Source: Eledone cirrhosa
Lineage: Eukaryota
DNA: 64,000 nt
Direction of reading: 5' to 3'
Assembly: GCA_964016885.1 (NCBI GenBank)
Contig: OZ024742.1
Span: 313,534,001 to 313,598,000 of the forward strand
Part shown: positions 39,021-52,097 of the stretch, in pieces
How the letters are laid out: every line of letters starts with the position of its first letter
Position numbering within the stretch: position 1 is the stretch's first letter
Position numbers and translations under genes: made by a program
Notes under the pieces: model-generated
Told to the model about the DNA's origin: nothing
Databases searched by the model: none
The model's input: the letters and a program-made list of their open reading frames with translations, nothing else

Positions 39021-39702
39021 ACTTTATCAAAATGTGTATGTATGTATAAATATGTAAGTATATATGTATGTATGTATATGCATGTATAGAATATATATAT
39101 CTATGTATATATATGTATATATATATATATATATGTATGTATATATATGTATATATATATATATGTATGTATATATGTATGTATATAGATGTATATGTAT
39201 ATATATATATGTATGTATATATATGTATATATATGTATATATATGTATAAAAACTTCCCACCAGGCAATAGATACCGCAACATAATTAACAAAAACGTAA
39301 TTAAATTATCCTATTCGACCACACCTAACCTCGCATCACACCTAGCACGTACAAACATTAGGAAAACTAAGGAGGGATTCGAAGTATATATATGTATATA
39401 TATATTTCTGATTACCTCATGTACCTTCTCCTCCGCTATATGTATATATGTATTCTACGCCCTTTGTGTTTGTGTAGCCTCTGCGCACCCTCTGCACCAT
39501 ACTATCGACGCCACCCCATCTATGGTTCAGCTAACCACCCGACTCCCGGGAATGAATATGACCGCAGCTAGTAAACAAGGACCAACACCCCACCCTCCCG
39601 CACCAAAATTAGACTTATCGTCCCCTACTTTTGCTCTTTACTCTCTTTACCAACCAAACACCCAAGAACAAAGAGTAGAGTCCATAACACCAATCAAACC
39701 CC

Positions 39703-39764
39703 TTTTATAGCTCTGATGAATCCTACGGTTACACGTAAGGAAGAAACATTGTTAGCCAATAAAA
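39703..39764 (+). ncRNA. Type I hammerhead ribozyme motif in the upstream pseudo-LTR
   Basis: ttttatagct-CTGATGA-a tcctacg gttaca cgtaagga a-GAAA-C att G-TT-agccaataaaa; stems I and II can be drawn, stem III is minimal, as known for Penelope-like elements. Confidence 0.7.
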
Positions 39765-39979
39765 ATCTTTTGATGTTGTAGACGCTCTTGTGTTCTTTTT
39801 CATATATACGGCTCTGCTCCAAAGCATAGAGCTAATTATTATGCTGCCAATACCTTCACGGGACACGGGTATATAATACCTAACTCCTACTAACCTAAGT
39901 ATTTCTACGGCTCCCCCCGGTTGAGCTAAATCCTTATAACCTGTCCACCTGGTGTGTATGATTATAATTTATTGGCAGC

Positions 39980-41573
39980 ATGCTAACTAAAGACTACCTA
40001 CCTATATCACTCAAGAACATCCCAACCCCATCTAGGACTACTTATGAGAAATTACTGATAGCTAGTGTCAACTCCTTCGTTAAGCGTATTAGATGGCGCA
40101 CTTTCCACTTCGTTAGGAGAAATAAGAAATCAACCACAGTGTCCCCCAATAACAAATTCGGTTTCAAAACCTATAGGAGCCCGCCCCATAACTCCATGCT
40201 AGATGGATTTGAGAATGACCTCCTATCGCTAGTAAGGAATATTAAGTTTAGAAACCCCCATGGGAATAGCAACAAATTCCGGATGAAACTGGAAACCTTA
40301 GTTAAGGACTTTAACGATAAAAGAGATATCTTGGTCACCTCGGACAAAACCAGAAATATTTATAGCTTAAATTATGATACGTATCGTAGGTTTATATACA
40401 ATGAATTAAATAGAAACTATAAAAAGACAACAAGCGCAAACTTAGATGAAATTAATAAGGAAGCATGTGCAATAGTGGATAAACTAGGTCGGGAAAAGTA
40501 TACCCAACCATATACCCCTAGGCAACCCAGGTTCACCCTTAAAGACCATAAGGCTGACTTCATTAGTAAACCCTCTGTTAGACTAATTAGCCCATCGAAG
40601 TCAGATATAGGAATTATCAGTAAGAAAATTTTAGACGGCGTTATACCCACCATCAGGAGGAAAACACATCTAGAGCTATGGGAGAATACGGAAGAGGTTT
40701 TGAAATGGTTCTCAAGCCTTAGCAACCATAAATCCCTTAAATTTATACAATTCGACATCGATGCGTATTACACCTCAATCTCCCCCATACTCCTTAATAA
40801 GGCCCTAATCATGGCCATGCAGAAAAGTGACCTCACTAGATTTCAAATTGATGTCATTCTTGCGGCCCGGAAAACGATAATCACATTTGAGGATGAATTG
40901 TGGACCCGCAAGAATACGCCCAGCAACTTCGACATCACAATGGGATCTAGTAACTCTGCAAAAGTAACGGACCTGGTAGGATTGTACCTCTTAAAGGAGT
41001 TACATGAGACATTACCACACTTGAAGGGCGGCTTATACCGTGATGACGCCCTCCTCACTCTCGAGTATAAAAAGTGCAATATAGAAAGAACTAGGAAGCA
41101 ATTACGTAGGTTCTTTAAAAACTTTAATCTAAGTATTACCATAGATGCAAATGATAAAACAGTAAACTTCCTAGACGCCACCCTTGACCTAGAAAGTAAA
41201 ACATTTGCACCCTACCATAAACCTAACGATAGACTAACATATGTAAACGCCAGCTCTAACCACCCCAAATCAGTCCTAAACGCTATTCCCAGGGGGGGGG
41301 GTCTCTAACAGAATTAGCAGACTGTCCTGTAATGAGAGTATCTTCAACTCCAATGCAGAGTATTATGACAGTACCCCATACAAACTTTTTTGGAGGAAGC
41401 TTACTAGATCCACGCCATACCGACCGCAGAGCGGAAGTTGTGACCTGTGTTTACTGGAATGCCATGCCATAATACACTCTAAACTGAACCTGCTTAACAG
41501 GAAATCGGAAATTTTCTCCTCATGCCAACACAAAATCCTGAGTTCCTTCTTCTATTTTAAACCTAGCACATAG
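39980..41573 (+). pseudogene. Penelope-like reverse transcriptase with frameshift and truncated GIY-YIG region
   Basis: 442-aa ORF with SDKT, RLISP, FDIDAYYTSI, MGS, LYRDD, FLDATL, YHKP motifs; shift in the G-run at ~41292-41301; continuation ...WRKL...PY...CDLCLLE...LNRKSE...CQH to TAG at 41571-41573. Confidence 0.88.
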
Positions 41574-41685
41574 ACGTAACATATATCACGCAACCCCCAC
41601 CTAGACTATAGTTCCCCCCCCCACCCGTAACCTAGATAGATAGGTACCATAAGGGTGGTGCAGTCCCCTACAAGGTTGGTGCTTT

Positions 41686-41724
<39 letters not shown>

Positions 41725-43877
41725 TCTCCTTTTATCTCTCACACGCACGCACACGCAGACATATGTGTGGGTGTGCGTGCGTGTGTGCATGCATGCACGC
41801 ATGTGTGCGTGCATTGTATGTATGTATATTGTGTGTATATGTATGTATGTATATGTATGTGTATATATATGTATATACATGTGGGTGTGTGTATATGTAT
41901 ATTGTATGCATGCGTATTATATTGTGTGTATGTGTATGTGTGACATGTATGTGAATATATGTATGTATGCGTATGAGTGTGTATGTGTAAGTGTATAATG
42001 TGTGTATGTATGTGTATATGTATGTATACTCTTCTGTAGAAATTCTCTCTATGTGTGCTGTGTGGCATGAATTCCTCCTATAATACTCTTCTCTGAGAGG
42101 AGCACGATATGCAGAGTAACACATATGTATTGTCGAAGTTGAAACTGAGAACCACCACCCCTCCTGCTGACCTGGATGTTTGCTGAGGACCAGAACACCA
42201 TTCTCCGCAATATAAGAGCGAAATGCGCTTGCCGGACTATTGATGACCATAACATCACATTCCAATGTAGTGGCAAAATACAGTGAATGATATGCACGAC
42301 CAGAACACCACAGCATGCATATCCAAACAGCACAGATATGATATCAATGGGGGAATCAACTGAATTTTTTGAGTTGAAATACATGTGGATATGTGTCTGT
42401 GTGTATCGAACACACGAACACATAAGGAGGCTCTTGACCTAAATATACCTGTCATGCCTGTCTGAATTCCTAAGGGAACTGTCGGCCAGTTACTGTCTTG
42501 ACCGATCGTAGTACCACTGGGTGAATCATTTGAGTTTTTTTAGTTGAAATACATATAGATATGTGTCTGTGTGTGTCGGACACACGTACACACATAAAAA
42601 AGCTGTCATGCCTGCCTGAATTTTCGGTCAGTTGCTGACTTGACCGATTAACCCCACAATTACTACGTAGCGGTTCTTGCACGTGACTACTGGACCCCGA
42701 TGAAACGAAGACGAAGAATTTCCTTGCGTACCGTTTTGTACCACAGATGCGATCTCACCCTGCTTCGTTAATGTCCTATCGACACCAAAGTTCAACGTTT
42801 GGGCGAATAGATTTGAATCCAACCACCAACAACATAGCTGGATGACCGATAATCACACCAAACCGGAGTACTGTGATCCTTGTGACTTCCAAATATACAA
42901 CCACTGACACTGTTACGAAGACCAGAAAACCATACTCCATATATTGAACCAATTGATTGATTTGTGCGACCAAAATAACACCAAACACATATTGAACTAG
43001 GAATATTGGATCCTCGGTCAATGTCCGGGTGAGCAAAAATTGATTTCTATCTGCATTGGAATTTACAAACTTGTGCATCTGCTGTGGTGTCAAAAACAAA
43101 CGCACATGACCGCACAGATAAACAATGGACCATGCCACGTGGCTTGAACCCGTAAGTGAATGAAGGTTCTGCAACTCTGATACACATATTGTTTATTATT
43201 TATTATTAAGATGTATAAACTGGACATAACTATTATCATCTTATATTCTCTCAACGAATCACACTTGATCATATTTCTCTATCCTGTTTTCTCCCCCCAT
43301 AATTATTATATTTTTTTTTATTATTGTTTGAAAAAAATCGGTTTTTTTACGTTGTGTTTTCCCCTCCAAATATTCGCTTATATTTCCTTATATATTCTCT
43401 ATATATATTTTTTATCTTTATTATTATTTCCACTTTTATCCTCCTTTATATTTTACCTTATTCTTACCTTTATACCTTATTATAGTGCAATCTTCCCCAT
43501 GCCTTATTGTACACTATTAAGGCCTTGTGCCTAAAGTAGAAACAATTAATTATAGATTATTATTATTACTCCTTTTCCATTTCTGATTACCTCATGTACC
43601 TTCTCCTCCGCTATATGTATATATGTATTCTACGCCCTTTGTGTTTGTGTAGCCTCTGCGCACCCTCTGCACCATACTATCGACGCCACCCCATCTATGG
43701 TTCAGCTAACCACCCGACTCCCGGGAATGAATATGACCGCAGCTAGTAAACAAGGACCAACACCCCACCCTCCCACACCAAAATTAGACTTATCGTCCCC
43801 TACTTTTGCTCTTTACTCTCTTTACCAACCAAACACCCAAGAACAAAGAGTAGAGTTCATAACACCAATCAAACCCC

Positions 43878-43939
43878 TTTTATAGCTCTGATGAATCCTA
43901 CGGTTACACGTAAGGAAGAAACATTGTTAGCCAATAAAA
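43878..43939 (+). ncRNA. Type I hammerhead ribozyme motif in the downstream pseudo-LTR
   Basis: Identical to 39703-39764. Confidence 0.7.
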
Positions 43940-44302
43940 ATCTTTTGATGTTGTAGACGCTCTTGTGTTCTTTTTCATATATATATATGTATATATATAT
44001 GTATGTATATATATATGTATGTATATATGTATGTATATATGTATGTATATATGTATGTATATATATATATATGTATGTATATATGTATGTATATATGTAT
44101 GTATATATATATATGTATGTATATATATATATGTATGTATATATATATATGTATGTATATATATATGTATGTATATATATATATATGTATGTATATATGT
44201 ATATATATATATGTATATATGTGTATGTATATATGTATATATATATATATATGTATATATGTGTATATATATATGTATGTATATATGTATATATATATAT
44301 GT

Positions 44303-44553
44303 ATCGTGTAGGTGTCACGACAAAAAAAAACACACAGTCCCCGCTGTAATGTTGCCGTGTAGGTAACACGGTAAAAACTTCCCAGTCCACACTGTAAACG
44401 TGGTTGGTGTTAGGAAGGGCATCCAGCCGTAGAAAACCCGCCAGACAGTCCTATACGAACAGGACAACAAATCTTGCCTCAAGTGGGAAAACTCCCGTCC
44501 AAACCCATACAAGCGTGGAAGATGGACGTTAAACGATGATGATGATGATGATG
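44303..44553 (+). mobile_element. RTE 3'-UTR fragment with (GAT)n tail
   Basis: Matches 5446-5703. Confidence 0.85.
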
Positions 44554-44579
44554 TATATATGTATATGTATGTATGTATA

Positions 44580-47551
44580 TCATCATCATCATCATCATCA
44601 TCACCATTTTACGTCCGTTCTTCCACGCTAGCATGGGTTAGACGGGTTGTCCTGTTGTGGGCAGTGTCTGGTCGGGTAAGGTCGGCTTTTATCACCTCAT
44701 CCCAGGTCATCTTGGGTCTCCCCACTCCGCGGTTTCCATCGACTTCTAGTGCTCTGCATCTTTTTATGCAGCTGTCATCCTTCATACGCATCACATGTCC
44801 ATACCAGCGTAACCGCCTCTCCTGCACACAGCATTTGATTCCTCTTATACTCAGTCTCTCTCTCAATTCATTTATGCTTTGTCGTTCACGTATATTACTG
44901 TTACACATCCATCAGAGCATGCAGGCTTCGTTTCTCTCTAATCTACGTAAGTCTTCCACCTTCAGCGCCCATGTCTCACTACCATGCAACATTGCTGTTC
45001 GGATACATGCATCATACAGTCTGCCTTTCATTCTGAGGGAGAAGCCTTTTGCAGCTAGCAGTGGTAGTAGTTCCCTAAATTTCTTCCATCCCGTTCTTAC
45101 CCTAGTTATTGTACTTTCTGAACACCCACCTCCGCTGCTAATTCGGTCACCTAGGTAGCAGAAGCTGTCTACTGTTTCTACAGAGCCCTCCCAGAGATTG
45201 GTGGTACTTGTTTCCTGTGGCTGTTTGCTGCTTGCTGTCCCAGCACAGCTGCTGCATGTGAAGCCTACATTCTTAATTAAGCTTCCTGAGATCCCGCTAC
45301 ATCTCTTGTGTACCCATTGTTTGCATTTGGGGCAGAGAATGGAGTTCCTACCTACACCTTTCCTACATACTGAGCAAGGCCATTTCCCTGAGGGGATCTG
45401 GGTTCTGTTTTCTCGTCTACTTACAAGGACCTTAGTCTTTGTCATGTTGACTTTGAAACCCTTTCTTTCTACTCCCTGCTTCCAAGTTTGGAATTTATTC
45501 TCTAGTTCTATCATAGATTCAGCTATGAGTGCGAGGTCATCAGCATACGGGAGTTCCCATGGGCATCCGGTCTTAAACTCCTCCGTTATTGCCTGCAGGA
45601 CTATGATGAACAGGATGGGGATAAGAACAGAGCCCTGGTGGACCCCAACCTGAACGCTAAATTCCTCGCTATACTCATTGCTAATCCTAACTTTGCTGAC
45701 TGCTCCCCTATACATGGCTTGTACCGCTTTCACAAGCCATTCATCTACTCCTAGTTTTCTAAGAGCCCACCAGATTACAGCACGTGGAACTCTGTCAAAG
45801 GCTTTCTCAAGGTCGACAAATGCCAAGTAGAGTGGCTTACTTTTAGCTAGGTACTTTTCCTGTAACTGCCTTACAAGGAAGAGGGCATCAGTGGTGCCTC
45901 TTCCTGGTACAAACCCAAATTACATCTCGTCTATTTTCACCCGGTCCCTAATCAACTGTGCTATAACTCTTTCTGTTACTTTCATGATCTGGTCCATCAA
46001 CTTTATACCTCTATAGTTTCCTCTATCTAGTGCATCGCCTTTACCTTTGTAGCAGTTGACAATGATGCTACTGCACCAATCTTTTGGTATGACACCTAGT
46101 ATTACCTGGTTAACAATACGTGTGGTTATAGTGTGACCTACAGACCCAGATGCCTTCAGCATCTCGGCAGCTATACCCGATGGACCGGTTGCCTTCCCCA
46201 TCTTCATATCTTTGATTGCCTTACTTACTACGTTGCTGCTGACTTGTACTGCTGGCCCCTCTATAGGGTTTACTTGGGGTAGGGTCTCTTCTTCCCATGC
46301 ATTCTCCTCATTTAGTAATCTATCATAATGACTCTTCCATGCATCTTTCTTCTCAGCACTTGTGAGGGCAAGCTCGCCTTTATCATTCCGGATACACTTC
46401 TCTCCAATGACATCACAACTATCTCTGACACACTGCCTCGCAATCTTGAACACCTCCTGTTTCTGGTCCTCACGTTGCAAAACATGCTTGAATTTTTTAT
46501 CCTCTGCTTCCCTCCTAGCTAAGTATACTTGTCGCCTAGCTTCCCTCTTGGTCTCTATGTAATGTACCCTGGTCCCCCCGTTCTTCCATTCTTTCCATGC
46601 CTGTCTCTTGGCCTTAACTGCTTCATCTACCTTATTGTTCCACCACCAAGTCACTCTCCTCCTGCTTGAGGTCTTACTCCAGCCACAGACCTTATCCATC
46701 GCCTTTAGTAAATTATTTTTTAGGAACTCCCAGTTCTCTTCTACATTGAATGTCTCTATCTGTTCTTCTTTACTGTCGTAGGCGTTGAGTAAAATATCTT
46801 TAAATTTGTTACTGGTTGAGGGGACTTTCAGCTTCCAGATCTTTCTTCTCCAGGTTGGCCTCTGTTTCCAGGTTCGTCTAGTTCTGACCGTGAGGTCGCT
46901 GACAACTAAGCTATGTTGGGATGTACATTCCTCACTAGGGAAGGCTTTTGTGTTTACGACCGTCCATCTGTCACGTCCTCTGATGAGGATAAAATCTATC
47001 TGACTGGAGTGCTCCCCTGATCTATAGGTGATCAGGTGGTTGTCGGGTTTTTTAAAGTTTGTGTTACATATCGACATGTCATTGGCATCGCAGAATTCTA
47101 GAAGTCTGAATCCTTCCTCATTTCTTGTGCCAACCCCGTGGCCTCCATGTACTCTATTGAAGCCGTCGCAGTGTTTACCTACGTGTCCGTTAAAATCTCC
47201 TGTGATGATTAGGAAGTCATTGTCGTCTGTTAGAGCAGTAGTGTGCATTAGGGACTCGTAAAACCTATCCTTAAGTTCGTCTGGCAGCCCCGATTGGGGT
47301 GCGTAAGCTGATTATATTGTGGTAATTGTTTTATTCAGGACTAGTCTGAGTTTAATGATTTTCCATTTACCTTGTACACTGAGATTACTTTATCTAACCA
47401 CTTGTCAGCTAGTAGTATACCTACACCACCCATCCCATCGTCATTTCCCACCCAGAAAAATTTGTAGCACCGACTTTTTCCTACAAGGACTCTGGCAGAC
47501 TCTCCTCTCCATCTAGTCTCTTGGACACAGCATACACCAATTTCCTTTCGC
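44580..47551 (-). mobile_element. Nearly complete but inactivated RTE LINE (APE endonuclease, RT, PHD-type finger)
   Basis: VQETRW, AYAP, GDFNGHVG, QIDFIL, SQH (endonuclease); NYRGIKL, FVDLEKAFD, GVHQGS, YADD, FCYLG (RT); in-frame stops at 45920 and 44912 and a lesion near 47360. Confidence 0.95.
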
Positions 47552-47587
47552 TATATATATATATGTATGTATGTATATATACATGAA

Positions 47588-47945
47588 GGAAAACTCTGAT
47601 ATAACACCTGCAACTCTGATGGTATCCAATGATGTTGACATGTTCTTCTTTTTGGTAAATATCATCTTGGTTAAGAGAGTGGGACTGGCTTTGTGCAGTG
47701 CCTTTGCTCACTATAAAAGCTTCACGGCACAGGCATTGCTTTATATCTGGAGATCTCTCTGCACTTGTCGTCACATGGTACCATGGGCCCAGCACTATGT
47801 GTCAATAATTGTCACAAGTGTAGTGTTTGTGCCAGGGTTTTCAAGTCGCTGGCTGGACTAAAAAGTCACACTCGTTCAGCGCATCGGTAGTTCTCCTACA
47901 TGGATATAAAGTAGTGGCCGTACTCGAAAACGAGTTAGCAGCCAT
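47588..47945 (+). mobile_element. 5'-truncated copy of a short RTE-derived element ending in a C2H2 finger
   Basis: Direct repeat of 48233-48593 (offset 645); 47819-47890 encodes [23 protein letters not shown]. Confidence 0.75.
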
Positions 47946-47989
47946 CATATATACATGTATATATGTATATATACATGTATATATATTAT

Positions 47990-48593
47990 GTCAGGTCACC
48001 AGTTGCTGCTACTGGTAACATGTATACCAGTACAACCTGTCTCATGGTCGGGTCGTTGGCGACTAAACTGGCAACCCCACCAAGGTTTCTTGGTGAGGAG
48101 GGTGACTTTGGACATCCTGCAGGACTAAAAACAAAACCTGTCAAAGGGCAAAGGAGCTCTTAAGAGTCAATGGCCATCCAAAATCACCGGGAGAGATGAC
48201 CCCTTAGACTTTGTCAAGGCAGAATTCTAGAAGGAAAACTCTAATATAACACCTGCAACTCTGATGGTATCCAATGATGTTGACTTGTTCTTCTTTTTGG
48301 TAAATATCATCTTGGTTAAGAGAGTGGGACTGGCTTTGTGCAGTGCCTTTGCTCACTATAAAAGCTTCACGGCACAGGCATTGCTTTATATCTGGAGATC
48401 TCTCTGCACTTGTCGTCACATGGTACCATGGGCCCAGCACTATGTGTCAATAATTGTCACAAGTGTAGTGTTTGTACCAGAGTTTTTAAGTCGCTGGCTG
48501 GACTAAAAAGTCACACTCGTTCAGCGCATCGGTAGGGGTTCTCCTACATGGATATAAAGTAGTGGCCGTACTCGAAAACGAGTTGGCAGCCAC
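47990..48593 (+). mobile_element. Short internally deleted RTE-like element (5'-UTR-like head plus C2H2/3' end)
   Basis: GC-richer structured head 47990-48205; 48464-48535 encodes [23 protein letters not shown]; terminal stem-loop CTCG-AAAA-CGAG then (TATG)n. Confidence 0.65.
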
Positions 48594-49208
48594 TATATAT
48601 GTATGTATATATGTATGTGTATATATATATGTATGTATATATGTATGTGTATATATATATGTATGTATATATGTATGTGTATATATATATGTATGTATGT
48701 ATATATGTATGTGTATATATATGTATGTATGTATGTATATATGTATGTGTGTATATATATGTATGTGTATATATATGTATGTATGTATGTATGTATATAA
48801 ATATGTGTATATGTATGTATGTATATATGTATGTGTATATGTATGTATATATGTATATGTATATATATGTATGTATGTATATATATATGTGTATATATAT
48901 ATATGTATGTATATATGTGTATATATATGTATGTATATATATATGTGTATATATATGTATGTATATATATATGTGTATATGTATGTATATATATATGTGT
49001 ATATATATGTATGTATATATATATGTGTATATATATGTATGTATATATATGTATATATATATGTGTATGTGTATATATATATGTATGTATATATGTGTAT
49101 ATATATATGTATGTATGTGTATATGTGTATATGTGTATATAAATATGTATGTATATATGTGTATGTGTGTATATATATATATGTATGTATGTGTATATAT
49201 ATGTATAT
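48594..49208. repeat. (TATG/TA)n compound microsatellite
   Basis: Direct reading. Confidence 0.95.
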
Positions 49209-49564
49209 TGCAAACTTGACTGTTACCACTGAATATGAACCTGAAGATTGTGAAAGCATGAAAGTAGTTGTTCAATTAACATTTAATATTCTACCATACT
49301 ATTTCATTATAATATCATTATAATTTTAAAGGATTGTAAATAAAACGAGTAAATCAGGCAAAGTTGGAATTTCTTTTATTTATATAATCTTCTATACACA
49401 ATCATACGCACCCATGTATATTTATTTATATATATATCTAAATATGTATGTATATATATATGTGTATATATATATATATATGTGTATATATATATATATA
49501 TGTATGTGTATATAAATATGTATGTATATATGTGTGTGTATATATATATATATGTATGTGTGTG

Positions 49565-49597
<33 letters not shown>

Positions 49598-49614
49598 ATA
49601 TATATATATATATA

Positions 49615-49730
49615 TAATTGTTTCTACTTTTGGCACAAGGCCAGCAAATACCCAGTGCATTACTGGTTCTTTATTTTATCGACCCCATAAGGATGAAAGG
49701 CAAAGTTAACCTCGGCGGGATTTGAACTCA
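49615..49730 (-). mobile_element. 5'-truncated SINE family A
   Basis: Matches 36421-36530. Confidence 0.85.
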
Positions 49731-49735
49731 TATAA

Positions 49736-49912
49736 TATTGGTCTGTTATGTTTGCATTTTATTGGGGTTATGACAGGAACATTCCACCAGTACTCTCTCA
49801 TATTATGTAACTTTTTATGTTTATTTTCAGGATTATCCTTTTTACAGATTGCATTGCATAGATTTTTGCCCAATACATCATGCCTCATAGGTAGATAGTA
49901 TTGTGATTCCAT
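49736..49912 (-). pseudogene. Fragment of an R4/Dong-like LINE restriction-like endonuclease region
   Basis: YLPMRHDVLGK...WWNVPVITPIKCKHNRP resembles the RH(D/N)...W...I.T...HNRPD pattern. Confidence 0.55.
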
Positions 49913-50424
49913 CTATGTTCATTCTTACGATCAAACCTTGGGTACCACCACTTTACAACAAACTAGTTATGTTTGTGGCTTGCCGTCGTTTACAAGAATA
50001 TAAGAAATAAGATAAAGTGGTAAGACGAAGGGTGTGGGGAACGGAGAGCTCAATGGAGCCACAAAAGGATGGGGGAAATTCAGAGAGAAAGTAAGAGAGG
50101 ATTAATGAAATTGCGAGGGAGGAGGTGGAAAAAGACATGCAAGCATGTACCCATATATTTTTTTGAGCACCAGGTATTGGGTTCATATATTTCTCTAGTT
50201 GTGTTTTCTTATGTTTTTTTTTTATGTGCCTTATTCTGTCCACAGTCGTTAGGTTGTGGGGTGGAGGTGTTGCTATTCCATTCGTGTTTCTATGTCTACT
50301 CTATTATATGTGTGGCAATTGGATATATTGTACATTGGGGGGATCTGTATTTACAACTTACTGTGTAAGAAGTTAGTCCGCCAAGTGGTCATGGCAGACT
50401 GGAAGCTGTAAAATGAAATGGTCT

Positions 50425-50895
50425 TTAGAGTAACGTTACTCGATAGAGTGTGTATCGCAGAGATCAGAAAGTCACTCCAGGTAGAGCCACTACTTCTTCA
50501 AATTATGAGATCACAGCTCTGATACTATGGGCACGTGGTTAGGATGTCTCAGGAAAGAATTGCTGAACAGATTTTACAGACAAAACCAGCTGGCAGGAAA
50601 CACAGGGGTAGACCTCAAGCAAAATGGTTGGATAATATCCATGAGCTTCGCTGGACTTGCTTGGGGATCCAGCTGGATCAGTTGGAGACTTCTAAGAAGA
50701 AGATAAGCAGTGTCATTCATAAGAAATAGGGTAATGAAACAGTTGAGCAAAATAACTCTAGCTATAGCATATCTTGTCATAAAATCTTTATCATAAGCAG
50801 TGTGCAGCTGGATTAATTGGAGATAGTTGCTATGGACAGGACCTGCTGGAAGGATTACTTGAGGAGACTGCACACATTACAAGAAGAAGAAGAAG
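50425..50895 (+). mobile_element. Old RTE (Rex3/Expander-like) 3' fragment with (AAG)n tail
   Basis: IRKSLQVEPLLLQIMRSQL*YYGHVVRM...RGRPQAKW; resumes near 50827 after an unrelated segment. Confidence 0.7.
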
Positions 50896-51243
50896 GCGGA
50901 GGTACATTAGACTTCTCACTTGCATTCAAATTTGAAATTGCTTGCTGACACGAAAAAAATGGTAATTTAGAGTAAGCTGTATACCAATGAATTTGTAAAA
51001 TTAAAAATTCATTATGTTTTAGCTCAGATGGACTTGCAATTTGACCCTGATATTAGAAATATTCTTCATTTCTGACATAGGTCAGGTCGTTATTGTCCAG
51101 ACAAGGAGTGAATCTGTATTGTGGTCTCAGTTTACAGTGCTCACTACATTATATTTAAAATGTTAGTAATTGGTTGGTAGAATCAGAGCATTGGATACTA
51201 TGATTGACTATTCCTGTCTGCCTATGCAAGAAACCAACATTAA

Positions 51244-51422
51244 TCCTTCAGCATTTAAACTGGCCAAAATTCTCTCACCTCTTTGTTCAAACCAGCTGCT
51301 CATACTTATGTTAAGGTATTGTTCTCAAAATAAATATCAAAATCTCATTTTATATTATGTGAGATAAAGTGTTTACTGTAAAAATACAATAGTAAATATA
51401 GAGTAGTGTAAATGCTAAAGGG
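51244..51422. mobile_element. piggyBac-type TTAA MITE
   Basis: TTAA-TCCTTCAGCATTTA...TAAATGCTAAAGGG-TTAA; same family as 7191-7397. Confidence 0.85.
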
Positions 51423-52097
51423 TTAATATAATTAAACAAATTTTTTTTAAAATTAGCAGCTCATCTGAGGAAGGAGCCCCACGACGATCAGTATGAGGGG
51501 CTAGTTATTGCTGGTTTGAACAGAAAGAGGTGAGAATTATGGCCGTGTATAAATGCTAAAGGGTTAAAGGGTCGATAAAATAAAGCTCCATTAACTTACT
51601 GGGTCGATTTAATCGACTTTCCTCTCCTTTTGAATTGCTGGCCTTGTGCCTAAATTGGGAACCATTATTAGTTTTATTAGTTTTTTAAAATTATTATTCA
51701 TTATATAAGCTGTATTAGTCTCAAATTTCATTTCCTATCATCATCATCATCGTTTAACGTCCACTTTCCATGCTAGCATGGGTTAGACTGGTTGTCCCAT
51801 TTGAGGCAAATTGTAATTAAAATTACAAAGAAACAACAAAAATATGTAAAAGAATATTCAATCATCACTACCCTAATGATATGAGCCCAGACGGTGTAGG
51901 ACAACACTCTCTGGCATGATGTACTCAAGTAGTATGCTGCTCTGTGGTCCCACCAGATAAAATGGAGTGTGTTACCCCTGAGGGTGGTGCTGAAATAGCT
52001 ATTGTCAAAGATTGCCTTATGTCTAAATACCACCGATGATATTTTGCCTTTAATCCTTTTCAGGGTCAATATAATGGGACTGTTCAGTATTATTAGA

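Larger units (their letters stand above)
39248..43983 (+). mobile_element. Penelope-like retroelement with ~400-bp direct repeats (pseudo-LTRs), defective
   Basis: Near-identical repeats 39404-39808 and 43579-43983 (offset 4175), each with a hammerhead motif, flank an RT ORF; extra ORF piece KNFPP...[10 protein letters not shown] at 39248-39383. Confidence 0.85.
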
